The notes beneath the pieces are model-generated. The model was not told the DNA's origin, ran no database searches, and saw only the letters and a program-made list of their open reading frames with translations. A DNA stretch of 64,000 bases from positions 128,001 through 192,000 of the IMG/VR virus record IMGVR_UViG_3300047382_000771, one strand, 5' to 3'. This document shows, piece by piece, positions 57,979-64,000 of the stretch. The DNA comes from a virus. Its lineage: Duplodnaviria > Caudoviricetes. The position numbers and the translations under genes are program-made. How positions within the stretch are numbered: position 1 is the stretch's first letter; each line of letters begins with the position of its first letter.

Positions 57979-58212
57979 TTAATTTTTATAAACTTGAGAT
58001 AGTTGATCGTAGGCATAAGCTTTTTCAGCGATACTACCGAATACCTCTTTTAATAAAGAGTAGCCTAGTAAATCCCTAGCATCTAAATCTGCCTTGTCAA
58101 TAATATTGACTTCTAATAATTCAGTCGCTGTATCCATTGCTTGTATGGAATCTAAATTACTAAAGTCGATTTCTGTGTCGCCTTCGTTGTGTGAGTTAGG
58201 TATATAATACAT
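57979..58212 (-). CDS. Small acidic hypothetical protein
   Basis: 77 aa, D/E-rich. Confidence 0.6.
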   Translation of the reverse strand: MYYIPNSHNEGDTEIDFSNLDSIQAMDTATELLEVNIIDKADLDARDLLGYSLLKEVFGSIAEKAYAYDQLSQVYKN

Positions 58213-58321
58213 AATTTTTCTTGTGTTTAACTTTGCGGTCTAAGACTTTGTTTCTCATTTTGAATGCTCTTGCCTTAGTGAAAAGGATTGGCTTTCTTAC
58301 TTTTACTTCTCTTGCTTTCAT
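58196..58321 (-). CDS. Small very basic early protein (41 aa, MKAREVKVRK...; start revised)
   Basis: TTGCTA-17-TACTAT-6-ATG at 58321; the longer ORF-track version runs through R8. Confidence 0.6.
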   Translation of the reverse strand: MKAREVKVRKPILFTKARAFKMRNKVLDRKVKHKKNYVLYT

Positions 58322-58385
58322 ATAAGTATAGTAAGCTATAAAAGTAATTATAGCAAGAAAAAAGTTAAGTAAATTGGCATTTTGT

Positions 58386-58456
58386 TGTAAGTCGTTGAAT
58401 ATCAACGAGTTGCGCGGGGCAGGCCGACCTAACCCCTTGATAACCAAGGAGTTAGG
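58386..58456. repeat. Double-palindrome element R8 (divergent core)
   Basis: tgtaagtcgttgaatatcaacgagttgcg-cggggcaggccga-cctaaccccttgataaccaaggagttagg. Confidence 0.9.
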
Positions 58457-58647
58457 CCTTTTAACTACTAACTAAGCTGTAATGTGGCGAGTTCTTTTCT
58501 CCGCCCTATAGAGTTGATATAATAAATCCTGGTGGGACCTTTTTAAGGTGAAGTACTCGGGGGTGTTTTCCCCGTATATTTCTCTGACCGCTAATTGGTA
58601 CCCAAGTTTACGAATGTTTTCTCTGAGAGTTTTAATTTGCATTTTTT

Positions 58648-58881
58648 TTATCCTTTGTTAAGTGAGATTATACGATCATAACGAAAGGAGCGAACAGCTC
58701 CCCTGTTGAAGCAGTAGCTCCTGAAGCCCGCAACAGCGAGACCTTCTTTGACATTACCGAACTCATTTTTGTGTTTCGGCTTTGTGATAGTGTACATCTG
58801 CGTTTTACCGTCTTTAGTATTGTAAACAACACTGTATACGGGGAGTAATAACTTAAGCAACTTCAATAACATTTTCTTCAT
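58648..58881 (-). CDS. Stand-alone WYL-like domain protein
   Basis: YSVVYNTKDGK...RSFRYDRIISL. Confidence 0.6.
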   Translation of the reverse strand: MKKMLLKLLKLLLPVYSVVYNTKDGKTQMYTITKPKHKNEFGNVKEGLAVAGFRSYCFNRGAVRSFRYDRIISLNKG

Positions 58882-59107
58882 GTTGATCCTTTCTTACGGG
58901 GTTTAAGTTGTAGTGATTGTAAGCATCAGTCACTTCCTGTGCTGATTCGAAACTTACAGAAATTAAATCTCTCTCTTGGCTTGGATGCCATGGTGTCTCT
59001 GATTCCTCAAAGAATAGTAACCAAAGTTCTGATTCCTCGTCCCATTCGGGCAAACCCAAAGGCTTCCCGATACAAGTTGCTTCTATGTAATTGTTCATGA
59101 TTATCAT
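58853..59107 (-). CDS. Small acidic hypothetical protein
   Basis: 84 aa, preceded by TTGACA. Confidence 0.6.
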   Translation of the reverse strand: MIIMNNYIEATCIGKPLGLPEWDEESELWLLFFEESETPWHPSQERDLISVSFESAQEVTDAYNHYNLNPVRKDQHEENVIEVA

Positions 59108-59142
59108 AATGTACTACTTAGTTGTTGGTGTCAACTCCTTAA

Positions 59143-59364
59143 TTAACAAGGAATTGGTGAATCTTCTTCTGTTTCAATGGTAATGCAAAAGTGGCTTGCG
59201 AGCTCCTTGATCATTACATCATTATTGAAATAATTATAAGCAAAAGTTAAAAGTTGCTCTTGCTCTTCCCCTGTATGGCCGTCTCTGAGTTCGTCATATA
59301 TCTCAAAGATATTCATATTCCAATTCCATCCCTCTACTCTTGATTCTATCTGTGATTTTGTCAT
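59143..59364 (-). CDS. Small acidic hypothetical protein
   Basis: 73 aa with AAGGA RBS. Confidence 0.6.
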   Translation of the reverse strand: MTKSQIESRVEGWNWNMNIFEIYDELRDGHTGEEQEQLLTFAYNYFNNDVMIKELASHFCITIETEEDSPIPC

Positions 59365-59377
59365 AATGTTCCTTGTG

Positions 59378-59611
59378 TTATAGTTGTGCTGATTGAAAAG
59401 ATGATTCTATCCTAATCTCGTTTTGTAGTGATGTCAAACTCAAAATGATATCTTCCAAGGTTTCTTCGGCAGACATTATAGTCGCACCAAGTGGAAACTT
59501 TTCAGGATGACGCTCGTGTTGTTGAAGACATACCTTGGACATTGGATCTGCCCACGCAAGTTCTCCTCGAACTATGTTTAAGATTTCTTCTCTAATTTTA
59601 CTTTGCGTCAT
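59378..59611 (-). CDS. Hypothetical protein
   Basis: 77 aa, overlapped by the upstream 57-aa ORF. Confidence 0.6.
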   Translation of the reverse strand: MTQSKIREEILNIVRGELAWADPMSKVCLQQHERHPEKFPLGATIMSAEETLEDIILSLTSLQNEIRIESSFQSAQL

Positions 59612-59771
59612 TTTTTGCCCTTTCGTTTAGATTGTCCGCTATCTTTGCAAGACGAAGAATTTCCGCTTGAACAAACTTTTTAGCTTGTGGTTCTGCTTTT
59701 GGGTTCTTCAGCACCTCGATCATTGGAAGAATGAGCGCTGACCATTTAGGTGTTACATCAATCGTTTTCAT
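59598..59771 (-). CDS. Hypothetical protein (57 aa, MKTIDVTPKWSALI...; below ORF-track cutoff)
   Basis: TTGACA-17-CATACT-7-ATG; hand translation. Confidence 0.6.
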   Translation of the reverse strand: MKTIDVTPKWSALILPMIEVLKNPKAEPQAKKFVQAEILRLAKIADNLNERAKNDAK

Positions 59772-59912
59772 GTTTTACAGTATGCTTTAATTCTTGGATG
59801 GTGTCAAATATAATTTTATGAATTTCATCAGTAAATTCGATTGGAGCACCCGCGTCTGATAAGTAATCACGAACTCTATCTTGAAGTTTTACTTGTAATT
59901 TGTGTATTGGAT

Positions 59913-60119
59913 TCATCTGTGCAAAGCTACCCTCACTTCATTCTCATGTTTTTTTTGTTCAACTAAATCTTTTAAGTCAAAGCTAATACTGCAGAGAGTA
60001 CTACTGATATTCTCCATCACCTTGACGAGATCCCCCATGTTTGCGTGTCTACGATTTTCTAACATCTCGTCAGCGACTCCGTCAATGGCGGTTTTAATTG
60101 CATATAATTCTTCTTTCAT
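59913..60119 (-). CDS. Hypothetical coiled-coil protein
   Basis: 68 aa abutting its neighbours. Confidence 0.55.
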   Translation of the reverse strand: MKEELYAIKTAIDGVADEMLENRRHANMGDLVKVMENISSTLCSISFDLKDLVEQKKHENEVRVALHR

Positions 60120-60317
60120 TTAGCTATACTTTACTCCTTCTAATTCTGATTGCAACCATAAAATGGCTTTTTGTCTGATGTCACAGTGTGAGACTTCAGT
60201 AAATACATTGTCATTGACTCGAAGATAAAGATCGTTTCCGTTCTTTTTTTCTGTCTCTAAGTCGTTTGCTTCATACCACTTTTGGGCATAATCTATCATT
60301 CTTTGTTCGTGGCTCAT
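60120..60317 (-). CDS. Hypothetical protein
   Basis: 65 aa. Confidence 0.55.
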   Translation of the reverse strand: MSHEQRMIDYAQKWYEANDLETEKKNGNDLYLRVNDNVFTEVSHCDIRQKAILWLQSELEGVKYS

Positions 60318-60440
60318 TTTAATCCTCGCTGTTTATGAAAGCATTGTATAATTTTATTAAATCTGCATCAGATCCATGCTCAATGATGCTCATTAGATAA
60401 TCAACTATGTCTGATTGTGATAAGTTTTGTGTTTCTTTAC

Positions 60441-60842
60441 TCATGGTATGTAGGCGGTTACTTGGTTGTGTGATAATAAAACTTCATCTGCGTAGTATAC
60501 AAACTTTTCGGTGTTCTTGTCAACAAAAGTCTCATACTTGTATGGATTATATGTTACCTGGGTAGCGGGTCTGTCGGTGTTTACATTCTCAGCATCCTGA
60601 AGGTAACCCTTGACAAATGCGTGAACATTCTTCTTCTTTTCACGAAGAACTTTTTCTCTACCCTTGATATCAACATGAAAGTAGCAATCCCACAAACCAA
60701 TAGAATGATCCTTTGGGATGTGAGCCTTAACTAACCCGTGTTGCTTGACTGACCAGCAGTCCTTGTGGAGATTCTTGTATACATAAACAGGTCGATTGGA
60801 CTTGAGAATGTATCTTGGGTCTTGTTGGTTTCTCTTAATCAT
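60441..60842 (-). CDS. Phage hypothetical protein (VYxNLHKxxWSV...KNVHAFV...VTYNPY family)
   Basis: TTGCGT-17-TATTGT-6-ATG; motif pattern. Confidence 0.75.
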   Translation of the reverse strand: MIKRNQQDPRYILKSNRPVYVYKNLHKDCWSVKQHGLVKAHIPKDHSIGLWDCYFHVDIKGREKVLREKKKNVHAFVKGYLQDAENVNTDRPATQVTYNPYKYETFVDKNTEKFVYYADEVLLSHNQVTAYIP

Positions 60843-60906
60843 ATAACCACAATAGTCTACTTAGGCAGTTGACGCAAGAAAAAAGTGAAATTAATTTCAA
60901 TGTTGT

Positions 60907-60977
60907 CGTAAGTTGTTGTTTACCAAGCACTTACGCGGGGCGGCCCGCCATAACTCGTTGACTATCAAGCACTTACG
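60907..60977. repeat. Double-palindrome element R9
   Basis: cgtaagttgttgtttaccaagcacttacg-cggggcggcccgc-cataactcgttgactatcaagcacttacg. Confidence 0.95.
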
Positions 60978-61165
60978 GAAGTCAAGTTTTTGAGCAAAAA
61001 AAATGACAACTAATTATTTAGCTGCCACTTATTTATAATATATTTATTTGTAATTGATTTGTAATATATGTATTTGTAATTTAATAATTTATTATGTCTT
61101 ATAGTTTTGTACTAGTATAAAAAACACTATAGCTGTAAAAGATAAAAACATTATTGCATCCACTG

Positions 61166-61456
61166 TTATCTAGCTCTTATTTTGTTTATAGCTAACTTGA
61201 TAAAATTTGGTGTTAAGTGGTGCTCTAACATGGAGTCTAATTCCCTAGAGGATAAGAATACTTCTCTGCAGTAGTCAGTATTGTCACTTTCTACAGCTGC
61301 AATTCTTGCCGATGCTTTAGACGCAGCTATCTGCTCCCTAGGCATCCCGCCCCATTTAATAATAACGGGAAGATCGGGCAACTCTGCCGATAAAGCTTTT
61401 AATTGAACGGAGTCTATGTAACCCCAATTATCGATGATGTCTTTTAATATAGTCAT
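61166..61456 (-). CDS. Early hypothetical protein (96 aa; start revised to MTILKDII)
   Basis: TTGCCT-17-TATATT-6-ATG at 61456. Confidence 0.7.
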   Translation of the reverse strand: MTILKDIIDNWGYIDSVQLKALSAELPDLPVIIKWGGMPREQIAASKASARIAAVESDNTDYCREVFLSSRELDSMLEHHLTPNFIKLAINKIRAR

Positions 61457-61504
61457 AAGAGTAATATAGATTAAGCCCCAGGAAGAGGCAAGAAAAAAAT
61501 ACAT

Positions 61505-61544
61505 AAAAAAAACCCCACTCGCCGAAAGGAAAACGAGTGGGGTT
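61505..61544 (-). terminator. Strong Rho-independent terminator
   Basis: AACCCCACTCG-N12-CGAGTGGGGTT followed by a T run on the minus strand. Confidence 0.85.
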
Positions 61545-62016
61545 TAGGGATGGGGGACGTGAGCTTTCGCTCGAAATAGATGTGGGACAGGAATACTGAA
61601 TACCTGCAACTTTCGGTGTGAACATCAGTTCATTGGTTATCCTACTTGTACTACAATTGAATTGGACATTCTACCTCAGACATTTGTCCATTGGCACTCC
61701 ACCACAGAGAATCATATACCTTACCTCGCACACAAAGAGGTCTTCGGTCACCCACAGGGAGGATTATAAGCCCTCCCAAAGAGAATCACGAAGGAGAAAC
61801 AAAACTGACAACTCTGCTTGGCGCCTTCTTTGCAGGGGTTCGTCAACCAATGTCATATCAAGTTTCTGCTTAGCGAGCAGTCTTCAATCAGTACGGAGAT
61901 GTAAGATTGTAAGTACTGAAGCTAAAACTTCGTAAAATTATTTAAAATGTAAAAGATCGAAAAGTCTGGGGTTATTTTATTTGATTGAGTTACCCCTTCT
62001 CAATTATGGAGAATAT
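61505..62016 (-). ncRNA. Candidate structured ncRNA of about 510 nt
   Basis: TTGACA-17-TACTAT promoter with no ATG at the start site, many hairpins, own terminator, no convincing ORF. Confidence 0.5.
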
Positions 62017-62051
62017 ATTAGTATAGTACTATATATGCCCCAATTTGTCAA

Positions 62052-62213
62052 CTATTTTTTTGAATATAGATGACTTTTTTCCAACGGATCATCACATAGA
62101 AAGCAAGGTCCATGACCTGCCTTTGGGCAAGAATGGCTGAAGTCAGGCTCTTCTTGCAAGCAATGATTACATCCTGCAGACAATAACACAGATAATAGAA
62201 TAAAATATTTCAT
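62052..62213 (-). CDS. Small Cys/His-rich putative lipoprotein (53 aa)
   Basis: MKYFILLSVLLSAGCNHC...; signal peptide with an imperfect lipobox. Confidence 0.55.
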   Translation of the reverse strand: MKYFILLSVLLSAGCNHCLQEEPDFSHSCPKAGHGPCFLCDDPLEKSHLYSKK

Positions 62214-62282
62214 TGAATTATAATTATAGTTTATAGATTTGTAAATGTATTATATAATTACTAGTATGTTTATCAAGATAAA

Positions 62283-62480
62283 TTATGCAACCCCCTTGGC
62301 TAGACGCAACGCCCTTTGGGCTTGAATTTCTTTTAACCTGCGATCTGCCTCCATCTGTTGGGCTAATATGCCCTCCGTTTTAGCATTGTAACCTGCGAAC
62401 CTAGAATTAAAAGCATGAGGGTTTTGTCCTTTTACTTTACTTAATACTTCTGATGCTCTTGCACATTTTGCTACGTTCAT
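62283..62480 (-). CDS. Small basic hypothetical protein
   Basis: TTGACT-17-TATAGT promoter and AAAGGA RBS. Confidence 0.65.
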   Translation of the reverse strand: MNVAKCARASEVLSKVKGQNPHAFNSRFAGYNAKTEGILAQQMEADRRLKEIQAQRALRLAKGVA

Positions 62481-62544
62481 TTTATTCCTTTCGTTAGTGA
62501 TTGTTTTGGTTATAGAGTTACTATATAAGATTTAAAAATTAAAG

Positions 62545-62796
62545 TCAAGCCCCTTTTTGCAATAATCTGCATTCTCTTAAAATTTGTTTTAATTTAAAAA
62601 ATGCTTGGTCGGGCGGAAACAACTTAGCGTTAGCTTCGGAAGTAGTAGCACGATACAAATCTTCTACGAACTCTTCTGCTTTAACCAAATTAATTAAAGT
62701 AATTTCTTTTGAAGTTAATTTGTCGTACATCTCTTCTTTAGAGGCGAATAGACCTATGTTTTTAATTCCTTGTTGTTCTGCTATATTTTTTATCAT
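62545..62796 (-). CDS. Early hypothetical protein
   Basis: TTGACA-17-TAGTAT-6-ATG. Confidence 0.7.
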   Translation of the reverse strand: MIKNIAEQQGIKNIGLFASKEEMYDKLTSKEITLINLVKAEEFVEDLYRATTSEANAKLFPPDQAFFKLKQILRECRLLQKGA

Positions 62797-62877
62797 AAGG
62801 GGATACTAAGGGATATTCTGTGTTGTGTCAACTATCTTTTTGATATTAATTAAAATTTTGGGGCACGCTCGCATAAA

Positions 62878-63054
62878 TTACTGATGAGCAAATACTTGTG
62901 AATCAAATTGGAAACAAGCGGGGCAATAGGTCTTCCTCCATATGGGGTTGTCGGCGCGACAAAATGGACAAATTTTTCCTCCAATTATTTGAGACTTCGG
63001 TGCGCAACTAGAAAGTAAGCAAGTTATTATTAAGTATTTTATAAAATTTTTCAT
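62878..63054 (-). CDS. Small putative lipoprotein with CxxC...CxxC (58 aa)
   Basis: MKNFIKYLIITCLLSSC-APK...CPFC...CPAC; canonical LSSC lipobox. Confidence 0.65.
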   Translation of the reverse strand: MKNFIKYLIITCLLSSCAPKSQIIGGKICPFCRADNPIWRKTYCPACFQFDSQVFAHQ

Positions 63055-63193
63055 TCAATTATTTATAATGCCAAACAAATCGAGTGTTCAATGAAGGCAC
63101 AAAACCCCAGTAACAAAGGGTAAAACAACCTCGTCCGATAACATCTATCGACTCTATGCCTCGATTTATTATTTGGCAAAAATTTATTTACAA

Positions 63194-63499
63194 TTATTTG
63201 GGCTTATTCTGTTCCTGTTCTACTATTAATTGATCCTGTATTACATCATTCACATAGTATATGTTGTCGAATAACCCTTTGGCTCTCTTTCCATTATTTG
63301 TAATTTTATTTAATTCAGTAAAAATTCTGTCCAACATATCATCCACTACCTTATTTGCCTCTTCTACATCCACCTTCTGCCCTGTCTTGATGTTTGTTAT
63401 TTGGGCATCTGCGTTTATATTTTCGAGCATCCTGTTCATTTCTGACTTGATGGACAAGATTTCATCTAACTTGATATTAATTTCTTTTGCTAAACTCAT
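63194..63499 (-). CDS. Hypothetical coiled-coil protein
   Basis: 101 aa; TTTACA-17-TATACT upstream. Confidence 0.65.
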   Translation of the reverse strand: MSLAKEINIKLDEILSIKSEMNRMLENINADAQITNIKTGQKVDVEEANKVVDDMLDRIFTELNKITNNGKRAKGLFDNIYYVNDVIQDQLIVEQEQNKPK

Positions 63500-63665
63500 A
63501 ATAGAAGCAGTATATTAAATTATTTGGCGTTTGTAAAGTATAAAATTTATTATTTATTGCCCCGATTATTGTATTAAAATTTTTATTTAATTATTTGGGG
63601 CTTTCTATTTACAATTATATATTTATCTTATTTAAGTTATATTCAAAAAGTGGGCGGTTTTATTC

Positions 63666-63908
63666 TTATTTAAATTTTTTATGATTAAATGGGGGCAATA
63701 ATAATATTAAATTATTTGGCTCATCTCTATTTATAGGCATAACATCCAAGAACGGATAGACTTCTTCTTTACTCAAGTCAGTCCAACATATGTCATCCAA
63801 GACATGGGAGCAAGCCTTTGAGGGGTCAAGAAGACTACCTAGAATGTGTGCGTATCCACTCTCGATGCAATCTTCTACGTGCTTTATGCTTGCTTCTTGT
63901 AAATTCAT
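63666..63908 (-). CDS. Early hypothetical protein
   Basis: TTGACT-17-TATTTT-6-ATG. Confidence 0.65.
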   Translation of the reverse strand: MNLQEASIKHVEDCIESGYAHILGSLLDPSKACSHVLDDICWTDLSKEEVYPFLDVMPINRDEPNNLILLLPPFNHKKFK

Positions 63909-64000
63909 AAAACTAAAATAAGTTATTATTTATTAAAAGTCAATACATAAAACTAAACAAATTTAAAGTAAAACAAAATCAATTAAAATTTATTAAAATT

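Larger units (their letters stand above)
54569..63943 (-). promoter_or_regulatory. Series of sigma70-type promoters (- strand), -35 hexamers at 54599, 54870, 55736, 56296, 56905, 57970, 58351, 59802, 60872, 61486, 62046, 62826, 63938
   Basis: TTG-NNN-17-TANNNT; ten are followed by exactly 6 nt and ATG. 57970 has a 16-nt spacer, 59802 has CATACT, and 62046 has no ATG. Confidence 0.8.

Noticed and set aside
51748-60977. CRISPR array interpretation of the nine repeats
   Set aside because: The intervals are 360-2450 bp and contain whole genes; units are 70 bp and variable; no cas genes are present in the window.
51748-60977. Integron attC sites
   Set aside because: There are no consistent RYYYAAC/GTTRRRY ends, no integrase in the window, and genes have their own promoters and lie on both strands. 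A generic recombination role is kept only as a hypothesis.
51748-60977. FNR, CRP or LexA boxes as the arm motif
   Set aside because: The spacing TTG-N5-CAA does not fit TTGAT-N4-ATCAA, TGTGA-N6-TCACA or the LexA boxes I know; the IHF consensus fits better.
61545-61600. Group II intron domain V (GAGC-GAAA-GCTC-AC-GT)
   Set aside because: There is no AGC/CGC triad in a pairing lower stem, no domain VI and no RT ORF.
61428-61935. ORF-track calls of 65 aa (-), 105 aa (+) and 60 aa (+) across the putative ncRNA
   Set aside because: They run through the terminator or are antisense to the local promoters, and have atypical composition.
1-64000. Alternative genetic code, tRNA genes, DGR, integrase or transposase
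   Set aside because: Long genes are intact under the standard code with all three stops used. I saw no cloverleaf, RT or TR/VR pair, or recombinase motif, though a by-eye search could miss a tRNA.

Overview
This is a 64-kb segment of a large tailed-phage genome, AT-rich and using the standard genetic code. It looks like a siphovirus; the host cannot be determined from the sequence. From 1 to 50.6 kb is a morphogenesis region, mostly on the minus strand. It encodes a >2999-aa tape measure protein (TMP; 8999 to <1, absent from the ORF track because it runs off the window), three adhesin-like virion proteins, three tail-tube paralogues, fibres, neck, major capsid, protease/scaffold, portal, TerL, ERCC4 and SNase nucleases, a sigma factor, a GAF holin and PhoH. 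From 50.9 to 64 kb is an early/accessory region of about 35 small genes, many driven by sigma70-type promoters that start at the ATG (leaderless). Three things stand out. (1) The TMP carries an internal array of unrelated globular modules separated by eight copies of a G-[LFYI]-V-P-N-[FY] motif. One module has R-STS-ExE ADP-ribosyltransferase motifs and one has PD-(D/E)xK motifs, suggesting an ejected polyprotein of effectors. (2) Nine 70-71 bp elements, each two 29-bp palindromes around a GC core, lie between the early genes. Each palindrome is a back-to-back pair of IHF-consensus boxes, and five elements sit a fixed 28-29 bp upstream of a -35 hexamer. (3) An ORF-poor, structured segment of about 510 nt lies between its own promoter and terminator, a candidate large ncRNA with a 5' pseudoknot. 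All domain calls come from motif reading by eye; no database searches were run.
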